DNA of 62,578 bases, filler included, from Choristocarpus tenellus KU-1152 (lineage: Eukaryota; Protista; Phaeophyceae), in assembly GCA_964200185.2 (NCBI GenBank). It is 10 parts of 10 records of this genome, joined end to end, with 100 filler letters (N's around TTAATTAATTAA, not from the genome) between each part and the next. Parts side by side here need not be neighbours in the genome. Positions count along the whole stretch, not along the records: positions 1 to 10,114 come from CAXNAD020003141.1; positions 10,215 to 15,322 come from CAXNAD020011842.1; 8 more parts are not named here. One strand, written 5' to 3'. Numbering within the stretch: position 1 is the stretch's first letter; the number at the start of each line of letters is the position of its first letter. A program made the translations under genes and the position numbers. Under the pieces are notes generated by a model that did no database searches, was not told the origin of the DNA, and worked only from the letters and a program-made list of their open reading frames with translations. Positions 1 to 13,200 of this stretch are shown here, piece by piece.

Positions 1-129
1 CCAAAAAAAAAAAAAAACTACTAATTATTACAATTATTATTATTGCCGCACTACAGCACTTGAATATAGACGTTCCAAAAACGGTTAATACCCCCTCACC
101 GTATCTATGCAGTAGTGTCTTCAAATCTT

Positions 130-535
130 AAACATAGATAGCACCAACCCGAAGAGCTAGCCATCAACCATGACTGAGAGTTCAACAGGTGAGGCACCAA
201 GAACGTCGCATATGTAATCTCATTGCCGAGGTTTGCTCCAGCAAATTTTCAAAACCACGGCAGAGTGCCTGCTCATTGCTCACTATTGCTGCGTTCACCC
301 AGCAACTTCAGAGCATCTTTCCCTACTTGTTATTAAAGCACACGATGTCAACTACTGATATCAGCACGTGATGGAAGGAGCAGTCTTTCAATGTGACTCA
401 AACACATACAATCAGTCAACACATTCATTTCTTGTCCAAGATGCTTCACAGCAGACCACAGTAGCTCGCATAGTCCTTCGCCACAAAATTTAACATCGCC
501 TCACCAAGCAAAACCTAACTCTGTAGAGAGCACAA
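130..535 (-). pseudogene. Degenerate TPR-like coding remnant, possibly TFIIIC subunit 3 (Tfc4/GTF3C3)-like
   Basis: Frameshifted reading VLSTELG/LLGEAMLNFVAKDYA/SAVKHLGQ and later ..ATFLVPHLL..WLAL resembles the first TPRs of GTF3C3 (LLGEANL.F..A...L; AAHL..W). Requires at least 2 frameshifts. Confidence 0.25.
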
Positions 536-804
536 CTTAGGAGGAGGCTATGAACAGAGGGCTGGCAAAGCACTAGGGCAACATGAACATGAGCATCACA
601 ATACTTCATTCTTTGGTCGTCTCAAGAAAAAACCAGGAATGATCTTTAAAATACTTCAAATGACCACAAATAAAAAAAGTGAGGTAGGCACACAAGACAA
701 GACTGAACAGTCTTTCCCCTCTGCTTCTCATCCCCCCTTCATCCCAAAGCTCTACCCTCCAACGAGCTCAGTGAATGTAACACCCCCAACCATGAAGGTC
801 CTAC

Positions 805-2770
805 CTCCCAAAGGCACCCGAATCATTCCTGCCAATACATGCCTCCACACCACCCTCCTCCTCAGCACTCATGTCATCCGATCTGCCGTTGAGTGTGCAA
901 TCCTTGTCACCATATAAATCTCTTGGGGGGGGCACCTGGAGTCAGCAGAGGTGACAAGAGTTTTGGTAAAATCAAAAGCGGAACAGGGGTGACAGATGGG
1001 GGGGGGGGGCAAGAAGCGAATTTCGTCAGGTTTTTCTGACCTTGATAATTCGAGAAATAGAAAACTAGATCTCTTTTGTTGTGAAACGAAAGGCTTCTTT
1101 TATGTATAGTCTGAATCATCTGAAGCATCCACTTTGTTAGAATCAAAAGAGGCGTGCAGGTGTAAGTAAGAAAAGGACAAATCGAATCAGGCTTTCTGTA
1201 TTCACACCACAACTTTTCATTGGACTTTTTTTTTTCTCTACAATTCACTAATTTTTTTTATGTTTTTTTGTTTATTTTACGATACAAAATGTATATTTCC
1301 TCAACAATTTCGGAACGTTCCACCACAGTCCAGTCGGGATGCAAGCTACAGGTACAAGCACGATGTCAGCTCAACACTAGCCCTAACCCCAACTCAACTC
1401 CAAACCTAAAAAAATAAATCTATATGCCATCACTCAGGTACGAATACTGCATTGTTTTATAACAAGAGCTGTCCCATAAAAGCGTCAAAATCGGTTGAGG
1501 TCACAGTGTGTGTGTGTGTGTGTGTGTGTATGTGACAGAGACAGAGAGACAGAGAGCAAGAATGTAGATAGTTCAACAACAATCACAGATAAATCAGAAG
1601 ACAAAATTGGAAAGAGGGAGTCAGTGCTTTCCTAATTAGGCGACTCTATGAATCTAAGATCTGTCTTTCACAGAACAAGAACATTCTCATTCAACTCACA
1701 CAGCTCCGGGCAGTTAGAGAGATACCCACTCTAGGGATAATGTACCCTGCAGTTGATGGACCACAAGCCTATCATTGGATTGTATGCTTCATATGGTGTT
1801 GAGAAAGATCACAGCATACACAGGTGCTGCTCACATAGGGGCTCTGCACCAGACCGGGAATATGTAAAGGTAATAAGTTGCAAGCCAGTCCTGTAAAATC
1901 ATTCAACACCCAGAGCAACATAATGTTCAAACTAGGGTTGATATAGAGCACTTGGCCATACTTAGTCTGTGGTATCTCCTATTCAGTACACGACATCAGG
2001 GCCAATTGGCTTTGGAATGCCTGTCAACAGAACAGCTTTCTGAGGTGTGTTGTATTACTATCGCATGAAACTCTCAAGTTCATTTCCTCGACAACTTAGG
2101 TGTTTAGGGTTAGGGTTAGGACTAGGCTTGCTCCGCACGCCTGATTGTCGAGTCAAACTTTGGGACCATTGCTCCATAATGTCCACTGTTCAAAACATGT
2201 TTGAGCAAATTTTCCCCATGACAACCACTACTGTCCATTTGCTAAATAATGGTCACTCCACACACATTAGTTCGATTTCAAACGTGAACCTATCGTCACA
2301 GGTTGTACAGAAAAGAAGGGGGTAACACACATAATGGATAGAAGAAAAAAGGAAAAGCACTATAAAAAAGAAAAATGGGCATTCGCAACATTCGATCTGT
2401 ACCATTTGTTGTCCAAAGCAATGCTTGATGCTATTTGATACGTTTTCAGCAAACAGCCGGGTCCTCTTGCTCTGTAATTTCCATTGTCCAACAAACTCAT
2501 GCTACCACTTCCTAGTATGTCATGACAAAATCTTCCAGTCGTGCTGTGCAAGCACTGAATTACCCCGGGTATGAAACGCTTTCCAAGATAGATTTTCCAG
2601 GGCACCCCCATTAAAATGTGGTTTAAAAGGCATAGTCCAGGGCCATCAGATATTACAACCAACCAGGCTGCGGACCACTCCCAGTAAAATTCCTTCGGAC
2701 AGGGTCAATCCTGGACTATCAGAAATTTCACTGGGGTCGGGTTGAGACGTACCCAGTATCCTGGTTGAAA

Positions 2771-2804
<34 letters not shown>

Positions 2805-4662
2805 GATGGTGCTGGGCCGACCCCGACACTGTCCAGATAATCTCATTGTTACGACAAGAAAGTTTGTGATATAATGTATTTCTAAAATATTTGCTTTTTG
2901 TGCATTTTTGGCAGGCTGGGTGTCAGTCAGCCTAGTTTGCTTTGACCAGGCTGACCCAAGTGTAACCTTCTCAAATAGAGGGCCAACAGAGATCTTAATG
3001 GGACCTGACTGCTGTAGCGTGCGTTAGGAATGGGCTGGTCCAGTGCCTTCAGAAATGAATTACATAATGGCCTTGTGCCCTCCATCTGGTCAGTGTCCTG
3101 CTAAGTACAGGTCTAATTGAGAGCCCTAACATAAATAACAATAGTAGTAAAAACATTATTCTGTTTGTAGAGAAAGTTGTAATATTAACACATTGTAATG
3201 GTTGGATGCGACCCATTAACCTCCAAATTGGTGTATATATTATCCTTTGTGCATTTTGCATGCAATATACCCTACATCGATCTTGGCACTACATGTTATG
3301 CTTCTTTCTAATGTACAACGTGAAAAGAACAACGTGAAAAGAATGAATAGAAAAGTCACATTCACAACATAAACAAAAAACTCACCTCTAGGAGGGTCAT
3401 GGACATCTCAGATGAACGCCCTATGGGCACAGAAGAAGATGACTCCCACCCGCCCCTATCACCCCTGGTATGGTGTTGATGTGATCCCTCCGAATCCAAT
3501 GATTGGGGACACTCAATGCTCCTTGGGACATGCAGCAATGATCGTCCACGACCGCTCCAGTCATCCCTTGTTCCATCTTTAAGTGAAGAATCAGAGAGGG
3601 TGATAAAGTGAATAAGGGTCACATTATTTATTAATGCAAATTGATTCGAAAGGAGTGGGACAGTTCAAAAATGAATTGGATAAGGGCACACCTGGAACAA
3701 CCATTGCTGTCAATTTTCACAACCCAACATTGGGATGAGGGACAGGTGAGGGGTACAAATGCTCCCAGCAATTCTACATTGCTTTGGGGGAGAAGCAAGA
3801 ACAACATATGAGGGCGTGGTGGGGTGAAAGGGGGCCCATCAGAAGTTCAACAGCGTACAGACAGCTTGCAGGAGGCTGTAGGATGGAACACATCGGATAC
3901 TGGGAGACAAAACGTGCACAATTCAGTTTTCTCCCATTTGCCAAGATGCAAGAGCTCCCGACTTTGGAGTGAAGTCGTCAAAGGTTAGATCCCAATTTTT
4001 GAGGATATAAAATTAAGTCGCTCTTGTGTTGGGAGGAATCAAGGTAGGTCTTCGAGCTGTGCGACCAACACACACACATCTGAGCGTCGGTCAATGGGTT
4101 AGTGATCAAGTCATTCTATGGACTAGACCAAACATAGCTGGAAGAGGGTGCTAACATAGCGATACAAATGACCGAAGAAGCGCGTTTCCGGGGAAGGAAG
4201 CCTGTAGTTCTTGCCACGCACCGTGCTGCAGACTGCTATTCCAGTGTCCATGGAGGCCTTGCATGTTACCCGAGGAGTGACCTCCAATTGCTCGGACGCC
4301 AGCAGACCTGTGTCCCTTGTGGGGATGCTCCAAGTGATGACCCGAAAATGAACCCAGTAGAGTTGGCGAGAACTATGGTTGGGTGGAAAGAGCGGAAGGG
4401 GAGAACGAGTTGGAGTTGCCATGCCAAAACCCTCATCATAGCTTTCTTGATCCTGGTTGTGTTGGAGGTATCTCGAGTCATCTGTGAAGATACCACGCAG
4501 CGATCAGCTTATCAAGCACCACGTGACATTTCTATACTCAACATGGGCGATAAACCTCACCTCGATTCCTCGACTGTCGCAGCTGTCGTCCATTCGGTTC
4601 ATCCTTGCATGGTGGACAATCACCCCCTCACTTGCACCTTTTGCGGTGCTCATCGTTCCCAT
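805..4662 (-). CDS. Hypothetical protein, disordered N-terminal part (4 exons)
   Basis: Phase-compatible GT-AG model: 4662-4561 (MGTMSTAKG..RGIE), 4372-4222, 3576-3386, 935-805 (VPPPRDLYGDKD..). A CpG-rich promoter-like zone lies just upstream (about 4760-5080). No recognisable domain in these exons. Confidence 0.45.
2103..2126 (+). repeat. Short interstitial telomeric-type repeat (representative of about 20 or more in the window)
   Basis: TTTAGGGTTAGGGTTAGGACTAGG. Others lie near 19472, 35003, 35430, 36718, 38012, 38670, 43657, 43767, 49478, 56649, 57554, 59376, 59531, 59669, 59767, 60555, 60697, 61782 and 62357. Confidence 0.9.
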
Positions 4663-5347
4663 CAAACCCTTGAATCCAGATTCCTTCAACGTTGATGGGA
4701 ATCTCTAACAGCCTGATGATAGAGTGATTGGGTTGTACTGTTGATGCGACGGTCTTGAGAGGAGAATTGGGATTATCCGCCTCGTTACGAACGAAATGAT
4801 TTTGCGGACGGTTTTCCCCTGAAACGTAGAATAGCACTCTAAGCACTCTCTACGAATGCTCACTTACAACACCGTACCCACCAAAGGCCCGTTGTCAAGT
4901 CAGACGTGGATATATCTGGCGGAGTTTTACTTCGACTTCTAAGTAGATATAATGGGGCATTGACCCGATCGAGTATCTGAGCAACCTGCTCCGTTCAAAT
5001 GACTGAGAAAACATGCCGAAAACAAAAACGCCAATCGCGCAACGGCGATTTTGAGCTCGTGCATCTAGAACGAAAACATCAAATTCTATTTGGATACAAC
5101 AAACATAATATTATTAGTTGTAGTGGTAGTAGTACCTTTGCCGTCTGGGGTTGTCCCGTCATAACGTTTGATGTAAGCATCGAATTATAAAAATAAAAAG
5201 TATATTCGTGATGCCCGTCACAATGACCTCCAGAGTACAGCTTCGTGTTTTACTTTCACCATTTTTTTCAATTTTTGAAGAAAGAGTGCTCATATTGGGG
5301 TTCGAGCCCCAGATTGTAGGTCACCAAGAGTGCCAACAGATGCACTA

Positions 5348-5720
5348 TTACTTGATTAAAGTATAGGGTTTGGACAGGAAAAAAGCCTCCCCACCCTTTC
5401 CTCCTGTGTGTTTGCGCACCCACGCTTTGACCTCGTCAAGGATGTCCTCGTCGAGGCCCAGAACGAAATGCCTCTCATAGCGCCCTTGCTTCGACACCTT
5501 GATGTTGTCCGTTTTGAAGTCGTGACCCTCAAAATTGCGCCGAAGATGTTCTCCCGCGTTTTTGCCATTATGTGATTGGGACATAGCTCCCGTTCCCCAA
5601 AGCCTAGACATTTGTGGATACCAACCTTCAAACCCTCTTGTCATACCCTTTCATTTGATATGTATAGTATTGTATAACTGTTGTGGCCTTTCCGTGAAAC
5701 AAAAAGATTTCCACAGAGGG
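5348..5720 (-). mobile_element. Fragment of IS630/Tc1-mariner-like transposase (N-terminal DNA-binding region), frameshifted
   Basis: VIQYYTYQMKGY / ..IKVSKQGRYERHFVLGLDEDILDEVKAWVRKH resembles the S.QGKH....L.DED....C..W.R motif of widespread eukaryotic DDE transposases. No catalytic domain is present. Confidence 0.45.
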
Positions 5721-6389
5721 CGAAGCTACTGGTACCACCTTAGCAATATTATGAAGGGAAGTAATAATCAACGCTCTAAAAGTTAAAATGTCTTCTGAGA
5801 ACAGGCCAAATCTAATACAGTTGGTTTGAGGTCCTAACTCCAGGTGGAAGAACACGTTCCGTTTATGTCAAATCTGGAGAAAATTCTTCAGTCTCACAAA
5901 GAAAGAAGACTGGAGCAATTCAAACTGCTATGAAATCTACTGCAGGTCGATTCATGCCATGATATATTTATGTTAATTGAAAGCTGGCGTCCTAAGGCAT
6001 TGATCAAGCTATACTACCACCTTCGACTCACAATACGGCATGCAATAAGGTGCTTTTTCTGAGTATGGAGAGATAGTTATGTTGTTGGGGGGACTTCTGT
6101 TGCTTCCATATTTACACGATTGTTTTATCTCTTCATGATGTGAAACCTAACACATTGGAATTCCTGATATACACAGTACTCAATTGATACGTTTTCAATG
6201 ACTGAAAATAGTTCTGGCTGGTAGTACTGAACACTTAAATATATATAATCCTTGAACTACTGTCAGACTTGCTGGATCGTGGTTTAATATTATTATGTTA
6301 CAGGCTCAGATTCGCCAACTTTGATGTTGTCATTATTGTTATATTTCATTATGAGTTCCACTTAATAATCCTTCTGCAAAATCTCCTCA

Positions 6390-7400
6390 TCTACTCCCCC
6401 TCTAAAGCATCCATTGGCCCTGCTAACTCATCCGTGTCTTTAAGCTCGTTCAGAACATTCGCCAGGTTGAATATGTCTCCCTCCAGGATCTTATCCTCTG
6501 TCTTAATTGCATTTTGTACTGTCCCTGTGGGCATTAGCAACCAGCTTGCCACAGTCACCGCTTTCCATCCACCCTCAATCCGATCTTTTTTAGGGTCACT
6601 GTACCACCCCAGCCTTATTTTATCTCTCACATGGGCAATCGTTCTCACAACCAGGAACCTGCGAAAACACGCTTTTCTCCTGTGTCAGAAGTGGGATCTT
6701 GATTCGACTCCTTCTCTACAAATAGCCCAAGCACTTCATGATGGTACCCAGAAACCTCATTGCGAGTTCCACCACAAACTTTGTCTTTACCCAGGTCACC
6801 AAATCCTGACGGAAGACCTTGCCTAATGAGAGTTGTGTAAAATGAAGAGTTCCGTCTCATCAAGCTGTGATTTAAGGAGCCTGCACCTCTTACTGGAGTC
6901 CACTTGAACAATCCCCCTCCCGATCCCAAGGGTACAAAATATCTCTCCTTTCTCCTTCCAAGTTTTCATGATGCGAATAAACCTTGTCGAATCCCACTCC
7001 CGCTGCCAGGTAGACACCCTCCACCTCCTCAGTTTAGCCCATATGGTTGTAGATAACGAGCAAACTGGTAGTACAGGATCAGCAACACACACGTCCCTGC
7101 CCCTCAGAAAGCACCTCTCCACTGACCAGCTTTAGTTTCTCCATTTGCTCTGTAGATTCAGCTTCCCTAACCTCTTGTCCATATTCCGTCTCGTGGCATT
7201 CAAGCCCTGTCTCTTTGTTGCTGCAACCATGCAGGCTTGGCCCCATCTTTGGTTGGCCTCTCCTCCCCTTGTTTTGCAGCATCCCCTCGTCTGCCGGTGC
7301 CTCTGCAGCCAGCCCTCTTGGTCTCTTGTTTCTCTTATTTCCCATCCATAGACTCCTTGGGGTGTCAATATCCGAGATTTTTTTTCTCAAAAATCACCCT
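6390..7400 (-). mobile_element. Degenerate non-LTR retrotransposon-like C-terminal remnant
   Basis: Chain of broken, purine-rich minus-strand ORFs including AICREGVESRSHF, similar to a zf-RVT motif. Weak similarity only. Confidence 0.3.
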
Positions 7401-8149
7401 GGACAGGTTTCTGTGTCTAGTCCTTCTCTCTCTCAGAAGCATATATAATCTTCCCACTTTCCTTTTGTGGAGTCTAATATTTGGAGAACTATCAGGACTT
7501 GAAAAAGACCCCCAATTTCATGCTGACACCAACAGTTGAATAGTTAAGGATGGGTGTCAAGTGCTACACCAACATAAAGTTCAAGTCATAGCCTGCCACC
7601 CAACTACATTGTCAGAAGTAAGCACCATATTTAAAACGAAGTAATTGCAATTATACTTGACCCATTGAACAAAGTTTCGCAAGAACAAAAATTTTAAAAG
7701 TGCGTACAAAGCGTGATAAAATCTTGATTAGTGCTTCTCACCGCAATAGTACACAGATTGCAATTTCAATATCAATAGGGTTTTTAGAAGGCTTTATCTC
7801 TAATCATATTTTGATCGAGGCTTTTCACTGGGAGGGGCAGTTAGCATGCCCATTGTCGCCATATGGTCACGAGTCCGTCCCCGACCCAGTCATATTGAAA
7901 AGGTAAATAGCCATAAACTCGGTATAACAACAGACAACCATGCTTTCCACATCATTCCCCTTCTGATCGGCCTTGAAGCCACGTAATATGATTCAAGGTC
8001 AACCAAAAAGGTGAGCTCTGGGAGCGAAATGGGGAACATGTGTGACTGTTAGTATACTATGGCACCATTATATTACACGACTCCATTAATACAAAATGAA
8101 GTGTAATATATAAACGAGGCACATAATGAATATCCGATCAGGATAACAT

Positions 8150-10020
8150 TAGCCTAAGGTTGATGGCGTGTGGTCAGCACACCAATCAAGCTTACAAGGT
8201 CTGAGAGTATGGGATCAGCATATCAATCAGCCTAATGATGAGGCGAGAGGTATATGTGGCCAGCATATAGGGGCTCTAATTATCTTGTATAAAACAGAGG
8301 ATACACTCAGAATGGGGATACGAGGAGCAAACACTATATACGATGTCAACAAATGATTTGACTAGTGTTCGAGATTCAACATGGCTACACGGGTGTTATA
8401 CGATGATTTGATCACCACTCCGATGCGTGAAAACAACATCGCATGTTACATGACCAAATCAACACAGCAAACGACGAGATCAAATGTGTGCTACCACTCT
8501 CCTTCATTAATTCTGACATCGACTGCGACTACGATACTCCAAGTGGACAACTTGGACGTACGATGTTGATAGCTCAACTCTCTTAAAACGATATGAGGTG
8601 ACTGTACGGTCATTACATCATGTCGGGGAATCAAGCCATACGAAATAAATAAATAAATAATTTGTGTGGCTCACCTGAAGTCTCCATCTCTTACCTGGTG
8701 GTAGACTTGAATCTTCAATTATTTGTTTTTTTCTGTTTTAGGATGGGGTTAGTCATTTGACGATGATCAATAAATCCATTTCATAAGAACGTGATATGAT
8801 GTAATGAACAGCCACCTTTAGCACACAAGTGCTAGTGTATTAATGTCACAGGCGATATGTCTCGATGGCGGTTTCATAAACACCGTTATGACATTAAAGT
8901 TCTACATTTGATATATTTGTACTTCTTGATTATTTATTTATTATTTGGTCATTACGGTCCCCGATTGTGATAAGACCTTGTTGATCGGTTCCTTTCTTAT
9001 ACGATGGTATTGATAATAGTCCAAGTGAGAGATCCAGCATACTTGACGACTTGTGCATATCAGTATCGTCTATAAGCCCGTAGATTGGAGCTATACATCC
9101 TGTGGAGGTAAGCTTTCGGGGGCGCCTGTAACATTATTGTGCCCAGTGATACGGACTCTTCACCATCGCATGTGTCCATTCATGCAAACGAGGAGAGTTG
9201 AGAGATAAGAATAATTGTATATGATTTTATCTAAATCCACCAACATTTATACATAGTCTATTTGCAAGGATGGATAAACCTGGTAAACACGAGATGCCAA
9301 GTCAGAGCTGGACGTTAACAGGTTAACTGACATATGTTATCAGTTATATCATCTCGTCACAAAACGATAGACTATACCCATCTATGACAAATGACACACA
9401 AACGATTTGTCTAAACTAGATAGACAACCAATGTAAAGGATTATAGTATGTGGGTACCACGAGATCTGCCCAAGGGACACTATTCTTAAAAAATAAGTAC
9501 ACAAACACACAATTAAACAAACAAACAAAAAATTGGCAATGATCTGCACCACACATACACATGATAATCTCTTTACTGAAAAGATAGGTTACAACATGAC
9601 GGTAATGCATGATATACAGACTATACAAAGGAGTATGATAACAGTCAATACGAATTCTCAAGTCAACACCACAAAGGACGAGAATTTACTGGTTATCGAA
9701 TCCATTTATTGCACGATAGGCTGCAATCATTTCACGGCATTGTGGGATCTGCTCTATTCTTTTGTGAAGATCACAAGACGGTCCATAGTCACAAAGATGA
9801 AGGCGATAGATAACATTAGTGGACGAACGACGACCAGGTCTATGTCCAACAATACCATCAATAACGTATTGGCCAATAACAAATTGAGATATTTGATGGT
9901 CTACATCCGGTAATGGTAGTGGTTTCCCAGAAACAAATAATCCACTTCAATAAAATCTGGTGTGGGAGGTTGGACTTGAGGATAGTAACATTTCATGCTA
10001 CCCAGGTGAACGGAAAATGG
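8150..10020 (+). mobile_element. Highly decayed Ty3/Gypsy pol fossil (RT-RNaseH-integrase)
   Basis: Degenerate motifs in Gypsy order: VLYDDLI (YxDD-like), WTYDVDSSTLLKR (RT-RH linker), GDMSRWRFHKHRYDIKVLH (like GRLARW..LQEYDFEI), DVNRLTDICYQL (zinc finger), NMTVMHDIQT (like STAYHPQT), IVTFHATQV (like IHPTFHVSQL). Many stops and frameshifts. Confidence 0.5.
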
Positions 10021-10114
10021 ACGTGAGTTTCCAGGTAATACTGTTACAGGCGAATAGAGCGAGTATTTCTTCTTATATTTCAACGAAGTGCAAACGTTTG
10101 TTACACGCGAATAG

Positions 10115-10214
10115 NNNNNNNNNNNNNNNNNNNNNNNNNNNNNNNNNNNNNNNNNNNNTTAATTAATTAANNNNNNNNNNNNNNNNNNNNNNNNNNNNNN
10201 NNNNNNNNNNNNNN
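10115..10214. other. Artificial contig linker (44 N + TTAATTAATTAA + 44 N)
   Basis: The 12-mer has stops in all six frames. Identical 100-nt linkers lie at 15323-15422, 19696-19795, 22554-22653, 25366-25465, 34759-34858, 39208-39307, 43536-43635 and 58173-58272. Adjacent contigs are not biologically adjacent. Confidence 0.98.
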
Positions 10215-11321
10215 CGCTCGTCCGTTCCCCCCCCTGGGGGGGGGGGGGGGGGGGGGGTTGGGTTGGGTGGTTCTCCATCTTGTTCGGGCGCCTAGCGGGC
10301 GGTTTGTGTTTTGTTTTGTTTTTTGACCAGGGGAAAGAAACTGTTCTGTTTGCAGGTGCACAGCTTGATCTTGAAGGCGAAGACACCCCCTTTCCTTGTT
10401 GGTGCCATTCAAGGGGGTAGGTGGTGTTTCCAGAAAAGGTCCTACCTAGGAAGGTCACGCAAGTCTCAACGGAGTAGAAATAGACAGCACTCACCACGGA
10501 AACGGGTGTGGGGGTTTGTAGGAAAAGGGGGCATTTCCACTGCCTGCATCAAAATAAAATAAAATAATATATATATATATATATTTTAGATTATTTCTGG
10601 AGAGTACTTTGTGTAACGATCGAGACCGGCAGATACAGCAGGAGTAATGTTGTGTGAATAACTTCGTTATAGTAATAATATTCCCCATCCAATTTGTTGG
10701 AAACCCTTCACTTGGAGAGCTGGGAATCCTTACCAGGTGCTAGTAAGTTCTGAACTCATTAGGGATGAGTAGTAGCTTGTGAAGATCTACAGCGTTGGTT
10801 TGGGACAGGAGTAAGAACATGAGGACAGAGTCGTGAAGGGCTTCAACTTCAACTTCAACTTCAACTTCAACCAGCAGGTGTCGTCCGAGACTAAGAGAGG
10901 AAATGAAATTGTTGTACAAAAGTAGCTATATTTTCCTTTTGAAATTTTTTGGGTCATACTATCGTGTGTGTGTGTGGGGGNNNNNNNNNNAAATGATTTT
11001 TTTTTTTCTTTTTTTTTTTTTTTTGTCTTTTGGTTTGGGGTGGGGGGGGGGGGGGGGGGGGGGGGAGATAGTGATTCACCCACGGTCTTTGTGACTCTGT
11101 AGCGATTTTCAGGTTATTTGAGTGAATGTGTCAGATGTAAGGGCGGTTTCCTTTATCTGGACACCACCTTCCTTTACCATCTCCCTGCCTGAACCAATTC
11201 TGAAGAAAAATCACCCACAAGACTTGCATCAAACTGGGGTGCTTTAGACTATACCCCGTCAAGCCGAGAATTGGTCACCTGGGCTGAACTGGCTCCATCT
11301 TCTAGGATCCTACTGTCTTTT

Positions 11322-11640
11322 TATTTTTATGTATGTGCTTTCATTTATGGATTTTCTTATTTTTATGTATGTGCTTTCATATATGGATTTTCTTATTTTT
11401 ATGTATGTGCTTTCATTTATGGATTTTCTTATTTTTATGTATGTGCTTTCATTTATGGATTTTCTTATTTTTATGTATGTGCTTTCATTTATGGTTTTTA
11501 TTATTTCTATGTATGTGCTTTCATTTATGGTTTTATTATTTCTATGTATTTTTATTTATGGATTTTATTCTTTTATGTATGTGCTTTCATTTATAGTTTT
11601 TATTTTATGTATTTTCATTTATAGTTTTTATTGTATTTCC
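11322..11640. repeat. 36-bp AT-rich minisatellite
   Basis: Unit TATTTTTATGTATGTGCTTTCATTTATGGATTTTCT, about 6 good copies followed by 2-3 progressively degenerate ones. No spacers. Confidence 0.92.
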
Positions 11641-12299
11641 CCCCCCCCCCCCCCCCTTTAGCTCGTGTACACATTGAATGCTATCGGGAACAAGTGGGTA
11701 GGGGTAACCCAGATTGTGCTGTTAGAGTGTAGACCCGGGGGAATTTTCCCCCACCCTACCGAACTGTCCTCTGGAGGAGGAATGCATGTGGGATGGTGAC
11801 TGTTGTTGTGTTCCTTGTGAAAAATGTGGTGGGTAGGGCCCTTTGGATCCCTACAATCCCATCCACTACAGCAAACTTATGAGGAGAGGAAATGAAAGCA
11901 TACTCAAGAGGTACAGAGGGACACCTCACTGGTCAACCAACCCCCTGCAAGGAAGGGTGGAGAGCGTTTTTTCGTGCCGTACACTTTGAATATATTTTGT
12001 TTTTATTATATTATTCTTTATATTGTGGTTCTATTCTAGTCATCCACGATATTCTAGGGTCATGGCTAATGGAGTGATACCTTTTTTTTTCTCTGGGAAT
12101 GTAGGGGAAGAACACAAATCCGTATTAGGGTTTTCAGAATTGCATGTAATGCTTTGTTGTGGTATATACATATTTTTCCCAGTTTGGGGATTTGCAGTAA
12201 GGCTTCAATATTGTTTGCTGTAAGTGATACAAATAGAAAGAAATGTTTTGAGGTGTGTCTGTAGATGTGCCTATCACATGAGGTACACGTATGGTAAAC

Positions 12300-13200
12300 A
12301 CATCATCCATAGGCCCTCCAAACTGTGGCTTCAATATCACCGTTGATGTGGTGTGGAGAAGATAATTGCCACCATGCATGAGGGCATCTCCTGCACCCGA
12401 ATGGATTTATTGGCATGCTGGTAAGAGAGGGTATTTTGTAACCCTCAATAAAGGTAGGCAGTAGTGGCAGACATGAGTCGCCCACAGACAGAACAAGGGG
12501 AGAAATGGAAGGCAGAAGCAAATCGTCAGGTCTTGCGCTAGAATTCTTCTTTTGTAAACTTGAGCATACCTACCTACCCCCTGCTGCTGCAGTTCTGCCC
12601 CGGTTTGTTGGAAGGCTCCTCCTATGGCTGTAGCCTTGATCTTTCTTGTAGGAAGGGATGGTCGGCCAAAACATAGTGTGATGTGATTAGACATTCTGGA
12701 GGTTCTTCAGCACCTTAGAGTTAGGGAGACAGAATAGGAGGCCCCGAGGATGTTGTTCCTTTCCCAAAGTAGGGGCACTAACCTCATGAAGGAGGTTCTC
12801 CCAAACACGCATGAGGATGTGTTAGCATGAGCAGTGCGGAGCCTGCTGGGAACATCCTTTTTATCGCAGGAAATTCAGTCATCGCAGTTCATCCACTGAC
12901 ACATCATCAAGGGCCACTGCAACACTGGGGGTGTGGAAACCGCACTGACAGCATGCTTGAGGAGGTAGGTGGCCTGAGCTTCCACTCTGGGGTGATGACA
13001 ACTTCCCCCTCTTGTGGATTTGAGGTCCGAACGGTAAAATGTAGCATGCGTTCTACTCTGCAGGTAATACAAATAACAACAAAGCCATGTTCTGGGATAT
13101 AGATGAAAATAACAGTGCATTTGTGTCCTACTACATGGAAGGGGGTGTATGGGAAAGACCAGAAAAATTCCTGGCTCACAACATGGCTGAGCGTAAGTTA
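12300..13200 (-). mobile_element. Ty1/Copia integrase fossil
   Basis: FWSFPYTPFHVVGHKCTVIFIY (like D.WGPF..PS.GG.KY.V.F.D), AFQQTGAE (like PQQNGVAE), LPLFCLWATHV (like LP..LWAEA) and NPFGC (like RVFGC), in the expected order. Frameshifted. Confidence 0.45.

Noticed and set aside
4168-4695. 175-aa plus-strand ORF
   Set aside because: Antisense shadow of the minus-strand exons. No homology or splice support.
4561-4846. Possible selenoprotein read-through (RCK-UGA-GGDCPPC) on the minus strand
   Set aside because: Another frame gives a consistent spliced model. No SECIS element or selenoprotein family similarity was seen.
5296-5311. tRNA T-arm/B-box-like hairpin TGGGGTTCGAGCCCCA
   Set aside because: No A-box, D-arm, anticodon arm or acceptor stem could be folded around it.
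10115-10214. Recurrent TTAATTAATTAA palindrome flanked by Ns as a biological repeat
   Set aside because: It is a fixed 100-nt artificial linker. Gene neighbourhoods across linkers are meaningless.
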